Assembly: GCF_001194135.2 (NCBI RefSeq)
Contig: NC_068989.1
Coordinates: 24,672,182-24,736,181 of the forward strand
Reading direction: 5' to 3'
Length of the DNA stretch: 64,000 nucleotides
From: Octopus bimaculoides
Lineage: Eukaryota
In this document: positions 27,801-39,589 of the stretch, one piece after another
Numbering within the stretch: position 1 is the first letter of the stretch
Layout of the letters: each line of letters begins with the position of its first letter
Translations under genes and position numbers: made by a program
Notes under the pieces: model-generated
What the model saw: the letters and a program-made list of their open reading frames with translations, nothing else
Databases searched by the model: none
What the model was told of the DNA's origin: nothing

Positions 27801-28619
27801 NNNNNNNNNNNNNNNNNNNNNNNNNNNNNNNNNNNNNNNNNNNNNNNNNNNNNNNNNNNNNNNNNNNNNNNNNNNNNNNNNNNNNNNNNNNNNNNNNNNN
27901 NNNNNNNNNNNNNNNNNNNNNNNNNNNNNNNNNNNNNNNNNNNNNNNNNNNNNNNNNNNNNNNNNNNNNNNNNNNNNNNNNNNNNNNNNNNNNNNNNNNN
28001 NNNNNNNNNNNNNNNNNNNNNNNNNNNNNNNNNNNNNNNNNNNNNNNNNNNNNNNNNNNNNNNNNNNNNNNNNNNNNNNNNNNNNNNNNNNNNNNNNNNN
28101 NNNNNNNNNNNNNNNNNNNNNNNNNNNNNNNNNNNNNNNNNNNNNNNNNNNNNNNNNNNNNNNNNNNNNNNNNNNNNNNNNNNNNNNNNNNNNNNNNNNN
28201 NNNNNNNNNNNNNNNNNNNNNNNNNNNNNNNNNNNNNNNNNNTATATATATATATATATGTATATACCCTCCCATCAAACACATACATCCGTACATATAA
28301 CATATGCATATCCTTATAAGTGAAGGGGCGTGTGCACATGAAAATCGCACATATGCACCGGACACAGTCTTACACTCATATGCATACATATACACACACT
28401 TACATACATATAATATATACACATATATATACATACATACACACACACGTACACATACATATAAAAAAAGGAAAAAGTATATTAAAATATTCATAAAAAA
28501 ACAAATATAAAAATTAAAAATTAATGGGAGTTAAAACGCATGGGAAGTTTGTGCAGGAACATAGTAGAAATATGGACTCTGGCCGTGGTCTTGGGACGGG
28601 GGGGGGGAGCCCAAAATAG

Positions 28620-28970
28620 CAACAGGTATATTGTGACACGTGGACATGATCCAAACAGTTCAGTTCTTGAATTTAAACATGTAGCGGGGTCTAAGGAACT
28701 TTTCCAAATGAGTCATCTTTCCATGTTAGAAAGACCGCATTTGCCACTACCGTTGGTATAAGGCTTACACTTGCCTAAGATTTTCCAGTAAATAGTGTAG
28801 TTGACACATTGTTCTTTTAAGAAACATATATAACTGGATAATTTAGTAGCCCTTCGTTTATTCCAGTGTCTGAAGCTTAAGGTGCAATTGTTAAATCTTG
28901 CTTTAAAATTTCCCTCTGTGAGACCCACATATCGCTTTCTCACAAAATACCTGTTGCAGTTGCACAATAT
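28620..28970 (-). mobile_element. Penelope-like element remnant, GIY-YIG endonuclease C-terminus (Penelope/Poseidon-like)
   Basis: YVGLTEGNFKARFNN...SFRH..KRRATKLSSYI..LK...IYWKILGKCKPY..GSGKCGL in ORF 28713..28967. Confidence 0.8.
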
Positions 28971-29382
28971 ATGGATTTCACTAATCCAGTGGTACTCACA
29001 AAAAGCTCCTTTATTGAATCAGGCTATAAATCACACAGTAAACCAAAATAAAGAGGTATAATGAATAGTTCAATACTGTTGAAATTTAGTAAATCCAATT
29101 ATTAATGATTATTTCATTAGGAGTATTTAAAATATAAAGAAAGAGAGGAGGCATGAAATGAATGCATTTATTTTACCAGTTGATGTCCATATGACTACGA
29201 TCGTTTCGCAGCCATTATTGACTTCCATGTATCAATACTTCCAAGATGACGTTTTGCTTTTGTATGTAAATATTGAGTTGATGAATGGATGTAACTATGA
29301 TATTCTTTGATTTAAAGAGCAAGCCTGCTTTACTTGTATTACCTTATAAACTGTACAATAGTACTATATAATTTATAACATA

Positions 29383-29587
29383 CTAGCAGAAATACCCGGC
29401 GTTGCTCAGGAGTGAAATGGTATATTTGTTTATTCTTATCTTTTACTTGTTTAAAATATTTGCCTGTGGCGTTACTGGAGAATTGCCTTTTCTCGAATGA
29501 ATTGACCCCAAGTAATCATTCTATCAGCCTCTTTTGTGAAGCTGCTAATTTATGGGGACATAAACATACCAACATTAGTTGGCAAGC

Positions 29588-29686
<99 letters not shown>

Positions 29687-32191
29687 ATACACACACATAT
29701 ATGTATATCAATATAAATACATAAAAGTACATGATGTTTGATATAAAAAGGTGATCATGTACATACCTCCTAGCTGTTGTGATTATAACACCTCGTTGTA
29801 AACAATGTTCCTTGTTTTTCCTCGTGGAGCATATGCAAAGAGGCTTCTTTTGCTTTCCACGATGCAACATCAGCAGTTCGTCGAACTTTACGCTGTTGTT
29901 CAGTCTCTGCAGCTCGTGCAGCAGCAGTTGAGGCAGATCAGCAGTTCGTCGAACTGTACGCTGGTCATTTGTTTGGAGTGCTCTTCAAGTGGCTGTACGT
30001 TCAGCATTTTGTGATCGTCTAATGTCAGTTTCCACTGACGATTCATTTGCCCTCCTTGCTGATGATCTTGCAGCTTTCGCAGTTTTTCGTCCAATTGAAT
30101 AACTCATTCTTCGGGATATGATCTAAAATAAGCATGATGAAATGCAGTGAGATACACTGTTAAGTATTAAATATTAATTGAAGGGTTAGTATGTAACTGT
30201 AGATAAGTTGCAAACTTGCAGCTGCTGTGGTAATAATGAACTGGTAGTAGAAATGTAAATGTATAAAATAAGATGATGTTAGTATTATGACATTAAAATG
30301 AAAATTGAAACAGTTGTAAAAGACAAGGCGAGAGAAATGGTAAGAGTAACGGAGAAAGTGGTTATGAATTGCGTTGGGAATGTTGTCGTTTGAATGGACA
30401 TGAATTTTGGGTGCTACCACTGAACAGGCATTTGCGAAATGCTGTTACGGGGTAGCAGCGCGTGCTAGAAATAGCAGTCAAAATGTTTAATATTTCCTTA
30501 GTGGAATGAGTGTAAGAATGGTTGTAGGTAAGTTAGTAGGTCTGCAGGCCTGCATTAGTGAAGAAACAAAAGAATATCGGTAAATTTTAATGCGTGCACC
30601 GGAATGCGTTTTCAGTAAGGAAAATTGGAAAAACTGGGACTATTTTCGCTCGGTATCAAGTATCCTGTTCCCCTGTTCTTAATGAAAGAAATTGTAAAGA
30701 ATTGAAATTGACTTCAGCAATGTAAAAATTTGCTCGGCGCCCGCATTAGAGAAGAAGTAAGAAATTATTCTGAAAGAAGTGAAAATGTAAAAATTCGGGT
30801 TAGGGACAGGGAATTGAAAATGAAAGATATTTTTGCATAATTGGAATGTCTGTGATGGAAAGCATCAGAATCCGCTGGAAAAGAAAGAAAGAAAAATGTT
30901 GGGAGTTGATATGCAGGTGTACTTGCAAACATTAACCGATTTGGTTGGTATTTGTAGCACGTCGTGCTATCACTGAACAGGTATTTGCGAAAAGCAGTTA
31001 CGTAGTAGCAGCGCGTGTTAGAAATAGCAGTGAAATCTTTCATATTGATGCAATTTACAAATGAAAAAGGTTACGTACCGAATTCAGCAAAATGAATGAA
31101 TGTGCTTCAGTTGATCAGTTGATCGGTATTGTTTTGATAGAGCAATGTTGTGAAAGACAAGACGAGAGAAATGGTAAGAGGAAAGGAGACAGTGATTATG
31201 AATTGCGTTCCGAATGTTGTTTGCCTGGACATGAATTTTGTCGTATTTATAAGAAAGCAGCCAGCTAGAAGGATGAAGATATCAGTGGTGTGGGGTCGCT
31301 TGAACTCTCCGTACGCTAGGAAGGTTAGAGGTGATGACAATATATTTCACTCGATAAGGTAGCGTCTGGTTAATGTCTGTTACCATCTTCCATTGTTCCG
31401 TCGTGAGAAGTAAGTTTTATTTGCCTGTCGTGGGAATGAAATGAGAATGAGATGTAAGGGGACAATGTTTTTGAGATTGTGGTTCAGTGGTGCTATGGTG
31501 GTGTGGGATCGTTTGAACTCTCTGTACGCTAGGAAGGTTAGAACTGAAGTGGATGACAACATATTTCACTCGATAAGGTAGCGTTTGGTTAATGTCTGTT
31601 ACCATCTTCCATTGTCCCGTCGTGAGTAGTAGCTTTATTTGCCCGTCGTGGTAATGAAATGAGAAGGAGATGTAAGGGGACAATGTTTTTGAGATTCTGG
31701 TTCGAATGTAAGGCAGGTCTGAAAGGGTTCCCAACAGTTATTAGTAGCAGTGATAGAGTGTTTATGACGAATATGTATGTATGCATGTATGAGTGAGGTA
31801 ATAGTTTCACTTTAATACTGAAAGCGTTAAACTGAAAGTATCTCACATTGCAATAGAGAGATGATGTGTTTATGACGAATATGTATGTATGCATGTGTAT
31901 ATGTGAGGTAATAGTTTCACTTTAATAGTGAAAGTATTAAACTGAAAGTATCTCACATTGCAATAGAGACATGTTACCGTTACACTTTTGACACGTAATA
32001 CTGAAATAGTGTAAGAGATAAGAGATTGCTCTGGGCTCGCATTAGGCAAGGAAATGAATTTTTGTTTTGGCCTATGACACTGCATGGACCGTAAGTAAGG
32101 CTTGTGTAAAATTTGAATGAAATCGGTTGTGTAGTTCTTGAGTTTTAGGGATTCACACAGACAAAGACATTCTAATTTTTATTTATATAGA
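29383..32191 (-). mobile_element. ~2.8-kb non-autonomous Helitron with internal tandem duplications and an N-terminal RepHel-like remnant
   Basis: On -, 5' A|TCTATATAAATAAAAATTAGAATGTC at 32191 and 3' cctgagcaacgccggg hairpin + tatttctgCTAG|T at 29383 (AT target). The minus strand at ~30110-29830 reads SIGRKTAKAARSSARRANESSVETDIRRSQNAERTAT*RA..., a decayed basic N-terminus. Confidence 0.8.
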
Positions 32192-32304
32192 TACGATAAC
32201 ACAGACGTAAAAGAATTTATTATATACTAAAATAAATTATTTTTCTATGATGACGGCTGCGAAACGATCGTAATTATATGGATAATAATCTCCTCTCTTT
32301 CTTC

Positions 32305-32336
<32 letters not shown>

Positions 32337-32595
32337 GTGGAGAGTGGAGAAACAAACACAAGAAGAAGCAAGTCAATTGGGCTAGTTAGCCATTGATTTA
32401 ATTATGTGGAGATTATATAATGAGTCATTTCTTGTGTTTGTTTCTCCATTCTCCACTTAATTATAATTATAAACTGCGGTTTAAACGATAAATTACCCGC
32501 CTCTGGATACCTTCTAACAAAGACGGTACCCATACAAGTAATCTCCAGGTTGCTTAGATACTTCAGACTACCCCTGAAATATTGAAGCAATCCTA

Positions 32596-32695
<100 letters not shown>

Positions 32696-33063
32696 GTAAA
32701 TGCGTTCCTAGATATAATTGTACTTCGCATTTGAAGCTCCCATGAACTATAGGGCGATTCACATGCATGTAACTATGACTGCATTGCATCTTAGAGCAGA
32801 AATAGCTGTAAGCTAATGAAGTTCATGACATATTTTCTTCCTTTTTTTCATTTAATTTCATACTACGGCTCTGTACTCGACTGATCTTTTGTCCAGAAGC
32901 ATATGTATTTTGGGTTCTAACACCAAGTTATCAGTATTGCTATTTCTAAGACAAAAAATTCATGCATCTATGTATGTATGTATGTATGTATGTATGTATG
33001 TATGTATGTATGTATGTATCTATCTNNNNNNNNNNTATGTATGTATGTATGTATGTATGTATG

Positions 33064-33100
<37 letters not shown>

Positions 33101-33160
33101 GTCTGTCTGTCTGTCTGCCTGCCTGCCTGCCTGTCAGCCTGTATGTCTGTCTGCCTGCCT

Positions 33161-33199
<39 letters not shown>

Positions 33200-33268
33200 G
33201 CATGTGTTGTTTCGCTTAGGAATAGCGATACTGATAACCTGGTGTTAGAACTATGTTACTTCTGTTAA

Positions 33269-33285
<17 letters not shown>

Positions 33286-33299
<14 letters not shown>

Positions 33300-33606
33300 A
33301 TAATAATCAGGTACTCAGATGTCTGGATGGTTGTATATTTACAGATTTTTATTCATATGTCACATGTTTTATAAATTAGCGCTTTCACCTAGTCTTGTAG
33401 GTTTATCAAATTTTGAGAGGAATTAGTCTTGTAAGTTTATAAAAAATTTGATAAACTTACAAGACTAATTCCTCTCAAAATTTGATAAACCTACAAGACT
33501 AGGTGAAAGCGCTAATTTATAAAGCATGTGACATATGAATAAAAATCTCTAAATATACAACCATTCAGACATCTGAGTACCTGATTATTATTTTTTCTAA
33601 TATATA
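33286..33606. repeat. Near-perfect fold-back palindrome (~155-bp arms, about 97% identical, 10-nt spacer)
   Basis: 33286-33440 is the reverse complement of 33451-33606, with three substitutions and one indel by eye. Confidence 0.95.
33477..33518 (+). ncRNA. Degenerate minimal type-I hammerhead ribozyme-like motif (Penelope LTR type); mirror copy on - strand in the left arm
   Basis: AAAT - TTGATAA (for CTGATGA) - stem II ACCTA/caagac/TAGGT - GAAA - palindromic GCGC - TA - ATTT. Two core substitutions, so probably inactive. Confidence 0.55.
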
Positions 33607-33803
33607 ATNNNNNNNNNNNNNNNNNNNNNNNNNNNNNNNNNNNNNNNNNNNNNNNNNNNNNNNNNNNNNNNNNNNNNNNNNNNNNNNNNNNNNNNNNNNN
33701 NNNNNNNNNNNNNNNNNNNNNNNNNNNNNNNNNNNNNNNNNNNNNNNNNNNNNNNNNNNNNNNNNNNNNNNNNNNNNNNNNNNNNNGTGTGTGTGTTTGT
33801 GTG

Positions 33804-33838
<35 letters not shown>

Positions 33839-33864
33839 GTGTATTGGCTTTTGTGCTTTCAGTT

Positions 33865-34980
33865 TTGAACCAAAATCTTTTGGAACTGTGGAACTTGCAT
33901 CTTCCTCTTCAAGGGCTCACCATACAAATTTAAGTCAGGTCAAACGTTTACCATAAAAGAATCACTTCACCAGTGGTTCGAAGAACTTAATCTATGTTCT
34001 CAAATGTGGAGGGTGTGGTGGAGACTACATAGGTCAAACTAGTTTAACCTTGAGGGACAGACGAACGCAACAGATTCGGGACCCCACGACCAGGAAAATT
34101 CCCGTAAGCAAACACCTGGACCAATGCCCCGTAAACATAAACCCGAAATACCAAATCTTCCCTCTCTATTAATGTACCGAAACACTTCAACCCAATTCCG
34201 TTTGAATAAGGAAAGCATACTGATTAAAAAATATAAACCACAGCTGAATATCCTTTAGAAAGAAGAAAAAAGACTAAAGGAAAAAAGGGAAAAAACCCAA
34301 TTTCTTAAGCAAAAAACAATAAGGTACAACTGACATTTAAAAAAAAACTTTAGTAACAGTCTTCCACTTGGGTTTTGAAACCGCAACTCAAAATTACCAT
34401 ACAATAACACCATACAAACACTAGTTGCCGACGTTATCTAACTCTAGGCCAATGGAATTTTACAAACACTAGTTGCTGACGTCACCTAACTCTAGCAAAT
34501 ACAACACGATGACTCTTTAAGAGAATCAACCAACTGGAACGGCTGATGACTGTTCCCCACAAAAAAGTCAGCCATGCCGAATGACAAACTTGACCATCAG
34601 AAAAATAAGACGTTACCAGTACTTTAACGGATCAAAAATCAGATCCGTTCGCGGAAAAAATTATAAATACACCAGATTCCAAAAAACACCGTTACAAGCA
34701 AAAGTTCCTACACACGACGGAAAGAGAATCACAGAAACTGTAAACCAAATCCCTTTTTTTACTATTTCCATTTTTCTCTTGTTTTTCTCCCTTTTAACTC
34801 AGTATGACAGAAACTTTGATGATATTCATTTCTTTTCGACCACTACTAACACTATTGAATTCTGTACATTTAAACTAGTTTTAAACAGTTTTTATATTAT
34901 CGACTGTTATGAACATTTAAACTTGTCAACATTGAAATTTTTAAACATGTTTTTCTAATTCATAATTTTTAATTTTTACC
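33865..34980 (+). mobile_element. Penelope-like element remnant (Neptune-like Cys linker + GIY-YIG) with 3' UTR
   Basis: Frameshifted translation ...SKNLIYVLKCGGCGGDYIGQTSLTLRDR...SKHLDQC...YQIFPLY...RLNKESILIKKYKPQLNIL* (stop ~34258). The 3' extent is approximate. Confidence 0.8.
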
Positions 34981-35160
34981 ATTGATAAACAGAAAATATT
35001 GTTGAAAATAGTTTGGTATATAAGTAACTGAATTTATTGTAAAACAAGTTTTAATTGTAAAACAAGTTTTTCAGATTTAGGTGCATTTTCAACAACAAAT
35101 TTCCCTATATTTCTTTCTGTGTGGAAATACACCCCTTCTTTTGTTATATATGTGTGTATA

Positions 35161-35576
35161 GGCACAGAAGTGGCTGTGTGGTAAGTAGCTTGCTTACCGA
35201 CCACATGGTTGCGGGTTCAGTCCCACTGCGTGGCACCGCGGGCAAGTGTCTTCTACTATAGCATCGGGCGGACCAAAGCATTGTGAGTGGAAACTGAAGA
35301 AGCCCGTCGTATATGTGTGTGTGTGTGTGTGCGTGCGTGTGCGTGTGCGTGTGTATGTTTGTGTGTCTGTGTTTGTCCCCTCAACATAGCTTGACAACCG
35401 ATGGTAGTCCACGTAACTTAGTTACGTCCTCGTAACTTAGCGGTTCGGCAAAAGATAACGATAGAATAAGTAGTAGGCTTACAAAGAATGAGTCCTGGTG
35501 CTGATTTACTCGACTAAAGGCGGTGCTCCAACGTGACCGCAGTCAAATGATTGAAATAATTAAAAGAATAAAAGAA
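35161..35576 (+). mobile_element. SINE family B, full-length copy
   Basis: tRNA-like head tggctgtgtggtaag...gggttcagtccc, internal (TG)n, tail cgactaaaggcggtgctcc...gaataaaaga. Confidence 0.9.
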
Positions 35577-35629
35577 TTTATGTATATATACATATATACA
35601 CTTGGAAATAGATGCATGGTGTTCAATTA

Positions 35630-35696
<67 letters not shown>

Positions 35697-35699
35697 GTT

Positions 35700-36790
35700 T
35701 AATATTTTTTTATATAAATATATACATATTATATGGGTGTTGTAAAATCCAACCGGTTTTCGCTATTTAAATTAGCTTTTCAAGGGGCATTATATAGTGA
35801 TTAATTCGCATGATGAAGGAGTTTCGTCATCTTGGCTGTTTGAAAAATAACAAATGGTTTAGAGAGTGAACCAAGGAAGGTAATGGTTGTCAAGGGGGAT
35901 AACTGATTCCTTAGGATAGTTTTTAAGGTTGTCAGAGTTGAATATCGAGGTGTGGTTTATATTTTTGAATGAATAAGTTCTCTTTATTTAGTCGTTCTTG
36001 CACTGAAATTGAATCTTTGCACTGGTATAGGGGGAAGAGAGGTAAATTCGGCGTTTTATCACCTGCGCATCTGTCAATATGTCCGCTCTGTGCAATTTGC
36101 CTGTACTGGGGGAAGTGAATCTGTTCCTTATGCGTCTCAAAGAAGGTCCGTATGGCCTAAATAGTTATGGCCACAACCTGAGCAAGTTAAGACATAGATA
36201 AGGTTGTGGGAGGCACATGTGAAGTTAGTTTTGATTGAGAATTTTTGTCCTTGCTGGAATGTGAATTCTGAGCCTTCACTTAGGTGTGGGCATGTACCAC
36301 AGTTGGGTCGTCTGCATTTTTTAACTGTTGGTATCGTTTGTATTGAGTATAGTTTTGCATTTGTTAGGAGTCTCTTGAGTGATTTGTCTTGTCTTTTACA
36401 TTTTAGTAATTTGTGTTTATTTAGGGTGCTGTTCGTTTTCGGGTCTTGAGTGAGTATACGAAGGTTTTGTATAATTGTGTTGTATGCTTCGTTGTTTCTA
36501 GGGTTGTGGATTGATATGTATGGGAGTGATTTGAGGTGAGGTGTGGTGTTTTGTTTTGTTGTTCTTAGTGTGTTTGTGTCCAATTTCGTGGCACGTTCAA
36601 TTCCATGTTCTATAAGTGTAGCTGGGTATTGACGTTCGATGACTGCTATTTTGAGTTCTTGCAATCGAAGTACAATCATACAAATCCGTTTTGCTAGATT
36701 GAATGGGATATTTATTTTGGTGTGTGTAGGATGGCATGAACTGAAAAGGAGATACTGCTTAGAGTGTGTTCGCTTGTAGTAAATGTCAGT
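35700..36790 (-). mobile_element. Penelope-like element remnant (RT thumb, Cys linker, GIY-YIG; Neptune-like)
   Basis: ORF 36137..36679 with KKCRRPNCGTCPHL...FTCASHNLIYVLTCSGCGHNYLGHT. Upstream YLLFSSCHPTHTKINIPFNLAKRI. The downstream frameshifted end is ERLNKENLFIQKYKPHLDIQL* (~35935). Confidence 0.9.
35745..35790 (-). ncRNA. Degenerate hammerhead-like motif in the 3' end of the Penelope-like element
   Basis: On -, TTGAAAA (for CTGAAGA) - GCTA/atttaaa/TAGC - GAAA - ACCGGT palindrome - TGGAT. Confidence 0.5.
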
Positions 36791-36845
36791 TGCGATTATT
36801 ATCTATATGTATGTATATATATATATATATCTATATCTATATATA

Positions 36846-37766
36846 NNNNNNNNNNNNNNNNNNNNNNNNNNNNNNNNNNNNNNNNNNNNNNNNNNNNNNN
36901 NNNNNNNNNNNNNNNNNNNNNNNNNNNNNNNNNNNNNNNNNNNNNNNNNNNNNNNNNNNNNNNNNNNNNNNNNNNNNNNNNNNNNNNNNNNNNNNNNNNN
37001 NNNNNNNNNNNNNNNNNNNNNNNNNNNNNNNNNNNNNNNNNNNNNNNNNNNNNNNNNNNNNNNNNNNNNNNNNNNNNNNNNNNNNNNNNNNNNNNNNNNN
37101 NNNNNNNNNNNNNNNNNNNNNNNNNNNNNNNNNNNNNNNNNNNNNNNNNNNNNNNNNNNNNNNNNNNNNNNNNNNNNNNNNNNNNNNNNNNNNNNNNNNN
37201 NNNNNNNNNNNNNNNNNNNNNNNNNNNNNNNNNNNNNNNNNNNNNNNNNNNNNNNNNNNNNNNNNNNNNNNNNNNNNNNNNNNNNNNNNNNNNNNNNNNN
37301 NNNNNNNNNNNNNNNNNNNNNNNNNNNNNNNNNNNNNNNNNNNNNNNNNNNNNNNNNNNNNNNNNNNNNNNNNNNNNNNNNNNNNNNNNNNNNNNNNNNN
37401 NNNNNNNNNNNNNNNNNNNNNNNNNNNNNNNNNNNNNNNNNNNNNNNNNNNNNNNNNNNNNNNNNNNNNNNNNNNNNNNNNNNNNNNNNNNNNNNNNNNN
37501 NNNNNNNNNNNNNNNNNNNNNNNNNNNNNNNNNNNNNNNNNNNNNNNNNNNNNNNNNNNNNNNNNNNNNNNNNNNNNNNNNNNNNNNNNNNNNNNNNNNN
37601 NNNNNNNNNNNNNNNNNNNNNNNNNNNNNNNNNNNNNNNNNNNNNNNNNNNNNNNNNNNNNNNNNNNNNNNNNNNNNNNNNNNNNNNNNNNNNNNNNNNN
37701 NNNNNNNNNNNNNNNNNNNNNNNNNNNNNNNNNNNNNNNNNNNNNNNNNNNNNNNNNNNNNNNNNA
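36846..37766. other. Largest assembly gap (N run); many similar gaps sit at (TA)n/(TG)n tracts
   Basis: N characters in the sequence. Other large gaps are at 6741-7174, 11368-11731, 18421-18850, 27442-28242, 54306-54876, 55883-56487 and 60812-61315. Confidence 1.
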
Positions 37767-37784
37767 CATATATACATATGCCTA

Positions 37785-37935
37785 TATACGACGGGCTTCT
37801 TTCAGTTTCCGTCTACCAAATCCACTCACAAGGCTTTGGTCGCCCCCGAGGCTATAGTAAATGCCACGCAGTGGGACTGAACCCGGAACCATGTGGTTGG
37901 TAAGCAAGCTACTTACCACACAGCCACTCCTGTGC
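37785..37935 (-). mobile_element. SINE-B 5' half
   Basis: gacgggcttctttcagtttccgtctaccaaatccactcacaaggctttggtcg...cacagccactcctgtgcc. Confidence 0.85.
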
Positions 37936-38041
37936 CTATATATATATACTATAGGATCATGTATTTGTATATGTATGTATACACATATATATGTGTGTGT
38001 GCTTGTGTATGTGTTTTTTTAAACTTTTTTATCAGCATCAA

Positions 38042-38145
38042 CTTGTTGTTGTTGTTGTTGTTGTTGTTGTTCTTCTTCTTCTTCTTCTTCTTCTTCTTCT
38101 TCTTCTTCTTCTTCTTCTTCTTCTTCTTCTTCTTTTTCTTCTTCT
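38042..38145 (+). repeat. Compound (GTT)n(CTT)n microsatellite upstream of the exon B acceptor
   Basis: Directly visible. Confidence 0.95.
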
Positions 38146-38237
38146 ATAATCCACTCCTTGCCCATGTTAATTTCTTTGTATTTCTGTTTAGTTTTGTTTC
38201 TGCTTGTTCTCACAAAATGTCTCTTTTATTTCATCAG

Positions 38238-38465
38238 CCTTCTGTACTGTTTCGGATCTCGGCACGGATCAAAATACATTGATCATTGGACAGCCAGGAA
38301 ACGGCAGCGCTGTTATGTTTTCTCCTGCGAGGATGCTTTTTCTCGAAGATCGTGGCGTTTATATGGGAACAGTAACAATACGTGGTATTCCATGCTTCCA
38401 TTGGAAGTCATGTCAGGAATGGAAAATGCTTAGTGCCAAGATGAATGTTAACTGGTATTTTGCAG
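38238..38465 (+). CDS. Coding exon B (SFCTVSDLGTDQNTLIIGQPGNGSAVMFSPARMLFLEDRGVYMGTVTIRGIPCFHWKSCQEWKMLSAKMNVNWYFA)
   Basis: Acceptor ttttatttcatcAG and donor GTAAAT at 38466. 228 nt, phase 1-1, joins exon A in frame (T+CC=Ser). Contains Y-x-G-x-x-x-I-R-G-I-P-C-x-x-W and an N-G-S sequon. Confidence 0.92.
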
Positions 38466-39043
38466 GTAAATAATTAAATATGAATTGAAAACTTAACAAA
38501 ATATCATCATCATCATCATCGTCGTCGTCGTCGTCGTGGTGGTGGTGGTGGTTGTCATCATCATCATCATCTTCACTTTTATCGTTTCACTGATTCCATA
38601 GTTGGACGAGTCTTCTCCCACACGCCATTCCCACCGCCATTCCTTTATTATCTCCTTTTATGACGTCCAGTTTTGCATGATATTTAAAAAAAAATTATAT
38701 TCGTTTCCAGTTGTTTTTATTGTTATTGATATTAATTTTCCAGTAAACCGAGTATCAAAGTCATTCCGACCACGAGCATCCTGTCTTTCGTGGGATACTT
38801 AAGATTATAGTATACAATGTGACCTTTAATTTTCAAGACAGTAATGTGAGATTTACGTTTGGTTGATATATGTTGTATGTTAAAGAACTACTTCAAGATT
38901 TCATTGGCTCCTCTAGTCAGTATAATATCAATCATTCATTTTGATGTCTGCCTTGAGGTCTTTATGCCCCAGATTGGTTTAAGGTACTTTTCAATTTATG
39001 CCTGCATTGCTCGCTCAAGTCGCCTCATTTTGAGTGCAGTACA

Positions 39044-39085
<42 letters not shown>

Positions 39086-39589
39086 ACCAACACCACCACC
39101 ACCACCACCACCACCACCACNNNNNNNNNNNNNNNNNNNNNNNNNNNNNNNNNNNNNNNNNNNNNNNNNNNNNNNNNNNNNNNNNNNNNNNNNNNNNNNN
39201 NNNNNNNNNNNNNNNNNNNNNNNNNNNNNNNNNNNNNNNNNNNNNNNNNNNNNNNNNNNNNNNNNNNNNNNNNNNNNNNNNNNNNNNNNNNNNNNNNNNN
39301 NNNNNNNNNNNNAAAAAAAAAAAAAAAAAAAAAACCGCCTCTAGTTTTCTACAAATATTTGCGAAGCCGTTTCCGCTTTGCTTGCAGGCAGCACTGTTTA
39401 TTGTTTTTAATGTTTTAAAATGGAAGTGGCGGCGTCGGTTTCAATATTCTCTCTCATTTGCTTATCATTGTTGTCTTTGCTCGTATTTGTAGCACTGTGA
39501 GGTGTGGTGATAATGTTGCTTTCACACTTGTGTTTTTCCGAATATGTTTTCTTGTTGTTATCACTCATTTCCTGCATTTAAAGACAAAA

